A stretch of DNA of 64,000 nucleotides from the NCBI GenBank assembly GCA_035502275.1, contig DATJUN010000020.1, forward strand, positions 1,821 to 65,820. The letters run 5' to 3'. Origin of the DNA: Steroidobacteraceae bacterium. Its GTDB lineage: Bacteria > Pseudomonadota > Gammaproteobacteria > Steroidobacterales > Steroidobacteraceae. The position numbers were made by a program, and so were the translations under genes. The notes beneath the pieces are model-generated. The model did not search any database and had not been told where the DNA came from. It saw nothing but the letters and a program-made list of their open reading frames with translations. This document shows, piece after piece, positions 1-9,351 of the stretch. How positions within the stretch are numbered: the stretch's first letter is position 1; each line of letters starts with the position of its first letter.

Positions 1-341
1 GCCTTGAGGCGGCCCGCCATCTGCGTCGCCAACGTGGGATTCGTGAAGGGCCCGAGGCTGCGGCAGCGTACGCCGCCGTTTGCAGCCGTGGTATTGGCCG
101 GGGCAGGCGCGCCGGTCCCCCGCGCATTGGTGTCACGCGCAGCGGGCGCGGTGGCGGCTGCGCCGGCTGGGGCGGATGCTGCAGCGTCGGCGCCCCCACC
201 CGGCTCACTCGGCACCAGCGCGAGCGTGGGCAATGCGCGCGCAGGCGCCACCGCAGCGGGTACGGCGGGGGCATCGATCCAGTGCGCCCAGCCAAAGAAG
301 GCCACATTCACAAGCAGCAGGGCGTAGAAGGCGGCTCGCAT
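1..341 (-). CDS. SPOR domain-containing protein (N-terminal part; 3' end runs off the window)
   Basis: Manual minus-strand translation from the ATG at 341 gives MRAAFYALLLVNVAFFGWAHWIDAP... This is one N-terminal TM helix and an Ala/Pro-rich linker, then CRSLGPFTNPTLATQMAGRLK, which resembles the start of a SPOR domain. It lies 9 nt downstream of the coaX stop. It is absent from the supplied ORF track because it is truncated by the window edge. Confidence 0.55.
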   Translation of the reverse strand, partial: MRAAFYALLLVNVAFFGWAHWIDAPAVPAAVAPARALPTLALVPSEPGGGADAAASAPAGAAATAPAARDTNARGTGAPAPANTTAANGGVRCRSLGPFTNPTLATQMAGRLK

Positions 342-350
342 GGCGGAATT

Positions 351-1274
351 CTACGCGATTGATTGCCCCGCTCGCGCCAGCGCAAGCAGACCGTGCAGCA
401 CCAGGTCCTCCGCGCGCTGGTAGTCGATTGCCAGCAGCGGCGAGATGGCATCGGCAGCGCCGCCGGAGAGCAGGACCTGCACCGGCATTCCGATGCGCTC
501 TCGCGCCTGCTTCGCTGCGCGCTCGATGAGAGCAGCGCACGCGTGGCGCGCGCCAGCGAGCAACGCATCGCGCGTGGCCGCAGCGAACAGGGCCGCATGC
601 GTGGTGCGCTGCGCACCGCGCACGCGCGTGGTTGCGCTCAGCGCGCGTGCAATCGCCGCGGCGCCGCCGAGTCGTGCACGCCTGCGGATGCCGGCGGTCT
701 CGCGCAGCAGGGACTCGATCATCATCTGCGGACCGGGAGCGATGCAGCCGCCCAGATGGCGCCCGCCCGGCGCCAGCAGATCGATTGTCAGCGCCGAGCC
801 GATGCCGACCAGGCACAGTGCCCGGCGTGGCGACGCCGCATGGGCGCCGATGAGCGCGACCCAGCGGTCGGTGCCCAGCCGCCAGGGCTCCGCATAAGCA
901 TTGCGCACGCCGTCGGCTCGCGCCGAGGTGCGCACGAACTGCGGCCGCGACAGCCCCGCCTCTGCCGCGCAGGCCCGCACGCGCGCCGCGATCTTCGCCC
1001 CCGCGACATTGCAGGCCAGGATGGCGGTGCCGGCGGGCATCGCTGCAAACAGCGCCCGCAGCGGCACAGCCGAGCGCCGCAGCCTGCTGAGGGCCAGCAC
1101 GCCGCGCCGATCGAAGCGTCCGGCGTTCAAGCGTGGCGCTGCCCCTGCGCTCCACAGTGCCCATTTGAGACGCGAGTTGCCAATGTCGAGCAGGAGGCGC
1201 GGGGTGCTCGCGCCTACAGCTCGTCGCGCCCGCTGCGTCCTGCTGGCCCCCACCGATGTGCCACGCCGCTTCAA
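351..1274 (-). CDS. coaX: Type III pantothenate kinase
   Basis: LLLDIGNSRLKWALW N-terminal motif and an ASKHA-fold-like sequence. Track start is a TTG overlapping the birA stop (TTGA). The true start could be a few codons downstream (GTG). Confidence 0.85.
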   Translation of the reverse strand: MKRRGTSVGASRTQRARRAVGASTPRLLLDIGNSRLKWALWSAGAAPRLNAGRFDRRGVLALSRLRRSAVPLRALFAAMPAGTAILACNVAGAKIAARVRACAAEAGLSRPQFVRTSARADGVRNAYAEPWRLGTDRWVALIGAHAASPRRALCLVGIGSALTIDLLAPGGRHLGGCIAPGPQMMIESLLRETAGIRRRARLGGAAAIARALSATTRVRGAQRTTHAALFAAATRDALLAGARHACAALIERAAKQARERIGMPVQVLLSGGAADAISPLLAIDYQRAEDLVLHGLLALARAGQSIA

Positions 1275-2266
1275 GCCGCCGCCCGCACGGACACCTCACC
1301 GGTGACGAATCGCTGCAGTCCCTCGCGCGTCTGCACACACAAGGCGCCGTCCATATCGATGCCGCGCGCATGGCCGGCAACCGCCGCACCCGGACCGCTG
1401 ACCAGCACCTCCCTGCCCGCCAGCGCATCGGCGGCACGCCATTCCGCCATGAACGAGCGGAAGCCATCTTGCTCGAATCGCACCAGCCCGGCCACGCAGG
1501 TCGCGATCAGTGCCGCGGCGAGCTGATTGCGATCGCAGGGCCCCTCGCCGAGCGCGCCCAGATCGGCTGCCTCAGTACCGCTGGCGCGCACCGCCGCGGA
1601 CAGCTTCGGCCCGAGTGCGACGTTCAGGCCGATGCCCACGACGACCAGTGCCGGTCCGCTGCCCTCGGCGCGCAGCTCTATGAGGATGCCGCCGAGCTTG
1701 CGCCCATCGAGGACGATGTCATTGGGCCATTTTAGTGCGCAGCCGCTACGTCCTGTGTTGCGCAGCGCGCGCAGGACGCAGACCCCGACCGCGAGGCTCA
1801 GTGCTGCGATGTGCGCCGGCAGGCAGGTAAAGCTCCAGCTCAGTGACAGACACAGCGCGCCCCCCGGCGGCGCAAACCAGCGGCGTGTGCGCCGCCCGCG
1901 GCCGGCGGACTGATATTCGGCCGTGCGAAAGTCGAACTGCCCCGCCGGCGGCCCGGGCCGTTGCAGCAGGTCTGCATTGGTCGAGCCCGTCATCCAGACA
2001 CAGCCGCCCTCGCGCAGGCGCGCGCGCTCGACAGCGGGCAGCAGTGCGGCAATAGCGCCTGCCTCGAGCAGCGGGCTGGCGGCGGGAATGCGATAACCCC
2101 GGTTCGGCACCGCATCGACCACGACGCCGAGCGCGCGCAGGCGCGACACGGCTTTCCAGATGGCGCTGCGGCTCACGCGGCAGTGCCGCGCGAGCGTGCT
2201 GCCGGAGTGAAACTGGCCATCGCAGAGCAGCGCGTACAGAGCGCGCGCCAGCGGCGCCTCACTCAT
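1271..2266 (-). CDS. birA: Bifunctional biotin-[acetyl-CoA-carboxylase] ligase / biotin operon repressor
   Basis: N-terminal wHTH (GQFHSGSTLARHCRVSRSAIWKAVSRLRALGV), a GRGRRTRRW biotin-binding loop and a KWPNDI motif. Start overlaps the upstream stop (ATGA). Confidence 0.9.
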   Translation of the reverse strand: MSEAPLARALYALLCDGQFHSGSTLARHCRVSRSAIWKAVSRLRALGVVVDAVPNRGYRIPAASPLLEAGAIAALLPAVERARLREGGCVWMTGSTNADLLQRPGPPAGQFDFRTAEYQSAGRGRRTRRWFAPPGGALCLSLSWSFTCLPAHIAALSLAVGVCVLRALRNTGRSGCALKWPNDIVLDGRKLGGILIELRAEGSGPALVVVGIGLNVALGPKLSAAVRASGTEAADLGALGEGPCDRNQLAAALIATCVAGLVRFEQDGFRSFMAEWRAADALAGREVLVSGPGAAVAGHARGIDMDGALCVQTREGLQRFVTGEVSVRAAA

Positions 2267-3300
2267 ACGCTGAAAATCTCGGCCAGCATGCAGCGCACGC
2301 TGCCGCCCCCCACGTGCTCGATGGTGCTGACGTCGACGGCGATGACCTCATCGACGCAGCCGCGCAGCGCACGCCAGGCTCGCTCCTGCGCCTGCAGCGC
2401 CGCCGCGGCGCTCGCCGACATCACCAGCACCTGCCGATGACAGCTCAGATCACTCCCGCCCCGGCCGTCCGCGGCAGCCCCGGCGCGCACTTCCAGCACG
2501 TTGGCGGCGAAGTGCTGCATGGCTTCCTGGGAAATATCGATGAGTGTGCGTCCGGACGCGGCGAGACTGGCGAGCACGCGCGCCCGATCGGCCGGCACGA
2601 TGGCCGCAGAGCACACGATTGCCCACCGGGTGCCCAGCGCCAGCATGACGTTGGTATGGTAGGGAGCACTGCCGTCGGGCGAGCGTGCATCGAAAACGCA
2701 AGGCGTGTAGTGCAGCAATCGTCCCCACTCTGCCAGCAATCCCTCGTCGGTGCGCGCGGAGCGGCAGGCATAGGCGATGCCGTGAGGATGATCGAGCACC
2801 AGGCTGCCCGTGCCCTCCAGATAGCATCCCTGCTGCTCGCGCTCCGACAGGTCGATGAGCCGCCGGCGGCGGAATCCCACCTGCTGCTCCACGGCCTCGA
2901 TGAGCTCGGGCCGTCGCTCGGGACGGCGGCTCGCCGGCTGCATGGGGTAGAGCACGACCGTGCCGTCGTGATGCCAGCTGACCCAATTGTTTGGAAACAC
3001 GGCGTCGGGCTTGGCCGGCTCGGGACTGTCCTCGCCGACGATGGTGCGTACGCCGGAAGCCTCCAGGGCGGCACAGAGCGCATCGAACTGCGTGCGGGCC
3101 TGCGCGCTGAGTGACTGCGGCCCTGCATCGGCCCGGCGCTGGAAATGGTTGGTTGCCGCGGTATCGATGTTGTAGCCGAAGGCTGCCGGACGCACCAGCA
3201 GCACGCACGTGGCACTCTGGGCGCGCAGCGAAAGTTCTGAGGGATTACAAGCACTCACGGAATGGATAGGAACTCGTCGGATACGCGCCGCGGCGATCAT
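2263..3300 (-). CDS. Amidinotransferase / arginine deiminase-related protein (CtlX-like)
   Basis: VLLVRPAAFGYNIDTAATNHFQ near the N-terminus and a C-terminal GGGSVRCMLAEIF with the catalytic-Cys motif of the guanidino-modifying superfamily. The 415-aa track ORF is trimmed to the internal ATG at 3300. Confidence 0.7.
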   Translation of the reverse strand: MIAAARIRRVPIHSVSACNPSELSLRAQSATCVLLVRPAAFGYNIDTAATNHFQRRADAGPQSLSAQARTQFDALCAALEASGVRTIVGEDSPEPAKPDAVFPNNWVSWHHDGTVVLYPMQPASRRPERRPELIEAVEQQVGFRRRRLIDLSEREQQGCYLEGTGSLVLDHPHGIAYACRSARTDEGLLAEWGRLLHYTPCVFDARSPDGSAPYHTNVMLALGTRWAIVCSAAIVPADRARVLASLAASGRTLIDISQEAMQHFAANVLEVRAGAAADGRGGSDLSCHRQVLVMSASAAAALQAQERAWRALRGCVDEVIAVDVSTIEHVGGGSVRCMLAEIFSV

Positions 3301-3376
3301 ACTGCAGCCCTGGCGCCGGCGTGGCCACATGCACGGCGCGGTTGCAATCCGGTCATGACCGGCATACGGTTCCACT

Positions 3377-4198
3377 ATGCGAAAGTCCATATGGTGGGTG
3401 GTCGGAGTGCTGATTCTGGCCAGTGCCGCCGTGCTCCTATACTCCTGGCGCGCCAGCCATCTGACATCCCATCCGCCGGCGGTGACGGCCAAGGTGCCCA
3501 AGCCCGCCACTCCAGCGCCCGCCGTTCAGAATCCCGTGCCCGCGCCGAGTGCTTCGCAGACCCAGTCGCTGCCCTCGCTGGCCGACAGCGACGCCCCGGT
3601 GCGCGATGCATTGAACATGCTGATCGGCGAGGCGGCCACGACCCACCTGGTCAAGCCCGACATGATCGTGCGCCACATGGTGGTGACGGTCGACAATCTG
3701 TCTCGCAAGCGCGCCGCGCTGGAGCTGCGCCCGGTGCGCCCCGTACCCGGCCAGTTCATGGTGAAGGGGGACGACCAGCACGCCGTCATCGATCCGGCAA
3801 ACTACCAGCGCTACACGCCGTACGTCCAGGCCCTGCAGATGCTCGATGTGCGGCAGCTGGTGCAGGTCTACTTTCACTTCTACCCGCTGTTTCAGAAGGC
3901 GTACCAGAATCTCGGCTATCCCAACGGATACTTCAACGACCGGCTGGTCGAGACCATCGATAACCTGCTCGAGACGCCCGACGTCAGCGGCGACATCGCC
4001 CTGGTACGACCCAACGTCATGTATCAGTACGCCGATCCCATGCTCGAGAACCTCTCGGCCGGGCAGAAGATGCTGGTGCGCATGGGCCCGATGAACGAGG
4101 CCATCGTCAAGGCGAAGCTCAAGGAGATGCGCGCCGCCATCGCCGACCGCAGCCGCGGCGGGGACAGTGGTCGAACGCGCGACGGCTCCGGCGGCTGA
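3377..4198 (+). CDS. DUF3014-like membrane-anchored protein
   Basis: N-terminal TM helix (IWWVVGVLILASAAVLLY), then LPSLADSDAPVRDAL and VVTVDNLSRK motifs that I recall from DUF3014 proteins. Confidence 0.6.
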   Translation: MRKSIWWVVGVLILASAAVLLYSWRASHLTSHPPAVTAKVPKPATPAPAVQNPVPAPSASQTQSLPSLADSDAPVRDALNMLIGEAATTHLVKPDMIVRHMVVTVDNLSRKRAALELRPVRPVPGQFMVKGDDQHAVIDPANYQRYTPYVQALQMLDVRQLVQVYFHFYPLFQKAYQNLGYPNGYFNDRLVETIDNLLETPDVSGDIALVRPNVMYQYADPMLENLSAGQKMLVRMGPMNEAIVKAKLKEMRAAIADRSRGGDSGRTRDGSGG

Positions 4199-4214
4199 GC
4201 CGCCGTTGTCGCCT

Positions 4215-5168
4215 TCAGGGCGGCAACCCGTTCAGCAGATTCGCCGGGGAATACTGGTCGGTGAGCACGCGTGCGTGCGGATTCCAATCCACCCGGGTGC
4301 TGAAGCGCTCGAGCACCCCCGCAGAGGAGACACCGAAGGTACGAAACGGCCGCGCGAAAGACGCGGCGTTACGCTCCACCAGCGACAGCGGCGGTAGCGG
4401 CCCGTTGGCGGCCAGGATGACGCGGTTGCTGCTCTTGAGGTTGTAGAACGGACCGAACACGGTCCGATAGGTCACGGATTCGTTCTGATACAGCCGGCTC
4501 GAGGAAAAGGTATTGGCCGCGACGATGCCCCCCGGCGTGAGCAGTCCGCGCACCTCCTGCAGAAACTCGCGCGTCAGCATGTGTTCGGGGATGTACTGGC
4601 GCTCATAGGCATCCAGCATGATGAGGTCATAGCGCTTGCTGCCGCGAAGCGCCTGGCGCGCGTAGGCACGCCCGTCCTGCACCACGATGTGCACGCGCGC
4701 ATCGCCCTGGAAGCCGAAGAAGTCGTGGGCCACGCGCACCACGGCCGGATCGATCTCCACCACGTCGATCTGCGCCCCCGGCAGCAGCTTCTCCAGCGTT
4801 CGCGGCAGCGTGCCGCCGCCGAGTCCGATGATCAGCACCGTGCGCGGCTGGGGATTGAGGTACAGGGCGCCCAGCATCATCTGCGTGTACTCGAACACCA
4901 GGCGATCGGGACTGTCGAGGTCGAGGCACGATTGCCGGCCGATGTCGCAGTAGCGCGTGAAGCACAGGCAGCGCGTGTGCTCCTCGTCGTCCTGATACAC
5001 CAGCACGTCGCGATACAGCGAGCGCTCCGAATGGATCAGGCGCGGATCATTCGCCGCGGCCGTGGCGTGCGGCAGCCATGCGCCGGCTGCCATGCCGGCC
5101 ACCACGCTCACGGCCAGCAGCAGCAGGGTGCGCAGCCCAGGCCGCGCAAAGCCGATCGGGGCGCTCAT
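4215..5168 (-). CDS. Spermidine synthase-like (PABS family) methyltransferase-fold protein with N-terminal TM/signal anchor
   Basis: VLIIGLGGGTLPRTL (SAM/dcSAM glycine-rich loop), VDVVEIDPAVV and YDLIMLDAY motifs. ATGA overlap with the upstream membrane module. Confidence 0.7.
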   Translation of the reverse strand: MSAPIGFARPGLRTLLLLAVSVVAGMAAGAWLPHATAAANDPRLIHSERSLYRDVLVYQDDEEHTRCLCFTRYCDIGRQSCLDLDSPDRLVFEYTQMMLGALYLNPQPRTVLIIGLGGGTLPRTLEKLLPGAQIDVVEIDPAVVRVAHDFFGFQGDARVHIVVQDGRAYARQALRGSKRYDLIMLDAYERQYIPEHMLTREFLQEVRGLLTPGGIVAANTFSSSRLYQNESVTYRTVFGPFYNLKSSNRVILAANGPLPPLSLVERNAASFARPFRTFGVSSAGVLERFSTRVDWNPHARVLTDQYSPANLLNGLPP

Positions 5169-5806
5169 GCCGCAACCGCCTCGACAGGCGGCAGCCAGGC
5201 CAGCGCGCTCACCAGAGCAGAGATCGCCAACATCAGCTCGATGATCTGATTGATCTCCAGATACAGCACCAGGTAGAACGAGGTCAGGAGGGTGCCTGCG
5301 GCGCTGCCGAAGGTCGAGACGAAGTACAGCCGGCCGACTCGATCACCGGCGCCGCGCAGGTCCGCGACCAGCAGGCGCACCGCATAGGGAGAAACCATAC
5401 CCGAGATCAGGGTTGGGACGAAGAACAGCAGCATGGCCGCGGCGAGCGAACCGAAGCGCGGATCACGCACCGCCACCGACAGCCGGTCGAGCAGCCCATC
5501 GCCATAGAGCAGGATCGGAGCGGTGGTGAGTGCCGCGGCCAGCAGGATGAGCGCCAGGCGCCGCAGGCTCGGCGCGTGCAGCGAGGCGCGCCCTCCGGCC
5601 AGATAGCCGATCGACAGTGCCAGCATGAAGACCGAGATGATGGCGCCCCAGACGTAGATGCTGCTGCCGAAATAAGGCGCCAGCAACCGTCCGCCCAGCA
5701 GCTCCACGCCCATGACGAAGAAGCCGGACCAGCCGGCGATCAGATACAGCAGCGCACGGTACACGCGCGGGAGTGTACTGGTTTGACAGGCCCGCGGCGC
5801 AGCCAT
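5165..5806 (-). CDS. Polytopic membrane module normally fused to spermidine-synthase-like proteins
   Basis: Multiple hydrophobic helices, e.g. LYLIAGWSGFFVMGVELLGGRLLAPYFGSSIYVWGAIISVFMLALSIGYLAGG. Trimmed to the ATG at 5806 because the 284-aa ORF would overlap the divergent gene. Stop overlaps the next start. Confidence 0.55.
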   Translation of the reverse strand: MAAPRACQTSTLPRVYRALLYLIAGWSGFFVMGVELLGGRLLAPYFGSSIYVWGAIISVFMLALSIGYLAGGRASLHAPSLRRLALILLAAALTTAPILLYGDGLLDRLSVAVRDPRFGSLAAAMLLFFVPTLISGMVSPYAVRLLVADLRGAGDRVGRLYFVSTFGSAAGTLLTSFYLVLYLEINQIIELMLAISALVSALAWLPPVEAVAA

Positions 5807-5819
5807 ACTGTCCTGCCAG

Positions 5820-6506
5820 ATGCTCCGCCGCCCGCCCACGAGGATGACCAAGCACCTGCCGGCACCCCGGGCACCCGCACGCCTGGCCTCTGCCGGACTG
5901 GCGCTGGCAGCCGTGGCCGCGCTGGGGGCTTGCGTCAGCACCCCCGGCCCGGCCAATGCGCAGCTGCAGGGCCGATGGCGTATCGACAGCGCCGCCAGCG
6001 ACGATGCCTCGGCGCGCATCGCCAGCGCTATCCGCTCGGCGCAGAAGCATCGGGCGCGTCACTATCGTGGTGGCGGCGCGGGTGAGGCGCCCGGCGACAC
6101 CGGCGGCAGCGACGATGTCGCCGCGAATAATTTCGATCTCGGTGCCCGGATCGGTCCGGATTTCCCCCAACTGCGCGAGCGGCTGCTGCAGACCCTGGCC
6201 TCGCCGGGCACGCTGACGTTCAAAGTGCAGTCCGATGATGTGCAGATCGGCCGCGATGGCCTGCCTGCGCGCGACTATCAGCCCGGAGACACCATCACCC
6301 GGTTCGAGGAATACGGCACGGCGCAGTTGAAATCCAACTGGAAGGATCAGGCGTTCGTGCTCACGGAGCGCTACACCAGCGGCGCGCGGCTCGAGGAACG
6401 CTATGCGCTCGATGCGCACGGGGCACTCGTGTACACGCGCTCACTGCGCGATCCGACGCTCGGACGCATCGAGATCCGCAGCGTCTACCAGCGCAGCGGC
6501 CGATAG
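5820..6506 (+). CDS. Hypothetical lipoprotein
   Basis: Signal peptide with a lipobox (LAAVAALGAC). Coding-like composition. An alternative start is at 5844. Confidence 0.5.
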   Translation: MLRRPPTRMTKHLPAPRAPARLASAGLALAAVAALGACVSTPGPANAQLQGRWRIDSAASDDASARIASAIRSAQKHRARHYRGGGAGEAPGDTGGSDDVAANNFDLGARIGPDFPQLRERLLQTLASPGTLTFKVQSDDVQIGRDGLPARDYQPGDTITRFEEYGTAQLKSNWKDQAFVLTERYTSGARLEERYALDAHGALVYTRSLRDPTLGRIEIRSVYQRSGR

Positions 6507-6530
6507 TCGCGCAGCCGGGGTAGCGGCACG

Positions 6531-6902
<372 letters not shown>

Positions 6903-6930
6903 CTACTGCTTGCTGAGTTCATCGGCCCGC

Positions 6931-7419
6931 TCACTCGCCCTCGTCCTCGCCCTCGAGCATCTGCGACTGCGTATAGCGCGGCAGGCCGATGCGCCCGATC
7001 AGGTCCTGTTGCGTCTCGAGCCAGTCGATGTGCTCCTCCTCGGATTCGAGGATGGCGGTCAACAGACGGCGCGAGACGTAGTCGCCCACGCGCTCGCAGT
7101 GCGCCAGCGCATCGCGCAGATCCGAGCGGGCGGCGATCTCCAGGCGCAGGTCGCAGTCGATCATCTCGGCAACCGATTCGCCGATCAGCAATTTACCGAG
7201 GTCCTGCAGATTCGGCAGACCCTCGAGGAACAGGATGCGCTCGATGAGCCGGTCGGCGTGCTTCATCTCATCGACCGACTCGCGGTATTCGTGTTCCTGC
7301 AGGCGCTTCAGTCCCCAGTTACGGAACATGCGCGAGTGCAGAAAATACTGATTGATCGCCGTCAGCTCGTTCTTCAGGACGATATTCAGATGTCGGATGG
7401 TGTCGGCGTCACCTTGCAT
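6931..7419 (-). CDS. bfr: Bacterioferritin
   Basis: [52 protein letters not shown], a canonical Bfr sequence including the Met52-equivalent region. Confidence 0.93.
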   Translation of the reverse strand: MQGDADTIRHLNIVLKNELTAINQYFLHSRMFRNWGLKRLQEHEYRESVDEMKHADRLIERILFLEGLPNLQDLGKLLIGESVAEMIDCDLRLEIAARSDLRDALAHCERVGDYVSRRLLTAILESEEEHIDWLETQQDLIGRIGLPRYTQSQMLEGEDEGE

Positions 7420-7530
7420 AGCGCCAGGTCCCCTTGTGGCGGCGCCTGCTGCAACGCCTTACCGCGGCAAGTATTGGTGCATCAGGAAAGGCGCGCAAGC
7501 GTTGGGACAGGCCGGCGCGCCGCCCGTCCT

Positions 7531-7734
7531 TCACGCGGGAACGGGAACGGCCTCGGTGCCGGCGTCGGCGGGCCGGCTGTGCTCGCGGATGATCTGCCGT
7601 GCCATCGGTGCGCAGCGGCCACAGCAGGCCGCCACGGCCAACTCCTGGCGCAGCTGCGAGAGCGAGGCCGCGCCCGCGTCGACGGCGCGCCGGATCTGGC
7701 TGTCTGTGACACCGCGACAGATGCAGACGTACAT
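7531..7734 (-). CDS. bfd: Bacterioferritin-associated ferredoxin
   Basis: MYVCICRGVTDSQIR...AACCGRCAP, the [2Fe-2S] Cys pattern of Bfd. The track ORF is trimmed to the ATG at 7734. Confidence 0.85.
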   Translation of the reverse strand: MYVCICRGVTDSQIRRAVDAGAASLSQLRQELAVAACCGRCAPMARQIIREHSRPADAGTEAVPVPA

Positions 7735-7780
7735 GGCGTGTAGCGCTCGGGGCTGGGTCAGGAGGCGACTGACGCCCTTA

Positions 7781-7811
7781 AACGTAATGCAAATGCGAAT
7801 GATTGTCAATT
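7781..7811 (-). promoter_or_regulatory. Candidate sigma70 promoter of bfd with an overlapping Fur-box-like site
   Basis: On the minus strand, TTGACA (complement of 7804-7809), a 17-nt spacer, then TACGTT (complement of 7781-7786). The 19-mer gcaaatgcgaatgattgtc (7789-7807) matches 13 of 19 positions of GATAATGATAATCATTATC. It lies in a local AT-rich island about 50 nt upstream of the bfd start. Confidence 0.4.
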
Positions 7812-7858
7812 GCCTGATCATCGCCGACCGCCCCCCCTCAACTCCCGCCTGGCGGCCC

Positions 7859-9343
7859 TCAGCCTCCTGTCACCCAGCCGAGCCCGAGGCTCTTTTGCAG
7901 CGTCACGTAACTCTGCGTGAGCTGGGCGAGCCCCTGCTCGTAGCTGAGCTCGGCCTGAATGCGGCGCGTATCGGCGTCCAGCACATCGGTGGTGTCCGCG
8001 GTGCCCCCGCGCAGGCGGATCTGCGTCATGGTGTACACGCGCTCGGCCGAGTCGCGCGCCCGCCCCAGATCCGCCACGGTGTTGCGCGCCTCGCCGTAGC
8101 GCGCCAGCGAGGACTCGGCATCCTCGAGAGCCGTGAGCACCGCCTGACGATACTCGGCCTCGGCTTCATCGCGCCCGGCGCGCGCCTGTGCAATACGCGC
8201 GCGGTTACGCCCGAAGTCCCACGGCGTCCACTGCAGAATGGGCGCGACGATGTAGGAAAAATTATTGGGGTTGAAGAGCGTACCCGGACTCAGTGAGGCG
8301 TAGCCGACCTCCCCGAGCAATCGCACCTGCGGGAACTGCGCAGCCACGGCCTGCCCGATCGCAGCGCTCTGCTGCGCCAGACGCCGCTCGGCAACCACGA
8401 TGTCCGGCCGGCGGCGCAGCATCGCGGCCGGATCGCCGATGGGCACCTGCGCGGGCGGTACTGGCAGGGCCGCGGGAGCCGCGCGCGTGAGCTCGGCATC
8501 GAGCGCGCCGGGGGGCTGCCCGGTGAGCACCGACAGACGATCGAGCTGCACCTCCACCTCGGCGCGCAGCGGCCCCAGGGTGGCGCGTGTGGTGTCGACC
8601 TGGTTGACGATGCGCTCCACATCCAGATCCGAGGCCGTGCCAGCCTTGCGGCGGATGTCGTACAGATCCACGAGCCGCGACTCGACCTGCAGATCGCGCT
8701 GGGTGAGCGCCAGGCGCTGCTGCGCATCGCGCAGCCCCACGTAGGCCTGCGCGACCTCGGCCGACAGACTCACCCGCACATCGGCGAGGCTCGCCTCGGA
8801 GCCTTCGGCCGCGGCGCGGGCGCCCTCGATGGCCCGGCGCTGCACGCCGAAGATGTCCGCCTCCCAGCTCGCATCCAGGCCGACGGCATAGAGATTGGTG
8901 CCGCCGCCATTGCCGGCATTGCCACCGCTGCCGCCGCCCAGCAGCGAGCTCAAATTGCGCGTGCGCAGGTAAGCGCCCGACAGGCCCGTGGTGGGAAACA
9001 GCCCCGCGGTCTGCTGCGCCAGCAGCGCGCGGGCGCTGCGCAGCTTCGCCTGTGCTTCCTGCACCCCGGGGCTGCCGGCGACGGCCAGCGTGACCAGATG
9101 ATCGAGCTGCTGATCGCCCAGCGTCCTCCACCAGCGCGCCATCGGCTCTGCGGCCGTGACGGCCGCACCGGTGGCGACGCCCGCGCGCACGAAGGTGCCG
9201 GCTGCCGTGTCCCGCATCGCCGGGGGTCCGCGGTAGGCCGGCCCGACGCTGCACCCGGCCAGCAGTGCAGCGGCCGATAGCATCGTTGCGACTGCGGCAC
9301 GCGGTGCGCCGATGCTGGATCGGGAAGAATGCGACGCGGCCAT
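7859..9343 (-). CDS. Efflux transporter outer-membrane factor lipoprotein, NodT family
   Basis: Lipobox LLAGCSVGPAY followed by typical OMF coiled-coil/beta-barrel repeats, ending SLGLGWVTGG. The 804-aa track ORF is trimmed to the ATG at 9343, just after the stop of the upstream MFS gene. Confidence 0.85.
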   Translation of the reverse strand: MAASHSSRSSIGAPRAAVATMLSAAALLAGCSVGPAYRGPPAMRDTAAGTFVRAGVATGAAVTAAEPMARWWRTLGDQQLDHLVTLAVAGSPGVQEAQAKLRSARALLAQQTAGLFPTTGLSGAYLRTRNLSSLLGGGSGGNAGNGGGTNLYAVGLDASWEADIFGVQRRAIEGARAAAEGSEASLADVRVSLSAEVAQAYVGLRDAQQRLALTQRDLQVESRLVDLYDIRRKAGTASDLDVERIVNQVDTTRATLGPLRAEVEVQLDRLSVLTGQPPGALDAELTRAAPAALPVPPAQVPIGDPAAMLRRRPDIVVAERRLAQQSAAIGQAVAAQFPQVRLLGEVGYASLSPGTLFNPNNFSYIVAPILQWTPWDFGRNRARIAQARAGRDEAEAEYRQAVLTALEDAESSLARYGEARNTVADLGRARDSAERVYTMTQIRLRGGTADTTDVLDADTRRIQAELSYEQGLAQLTQSYVTLQKSLGLGWVTGG

Positions 9344-9351
9344 GAACAACC

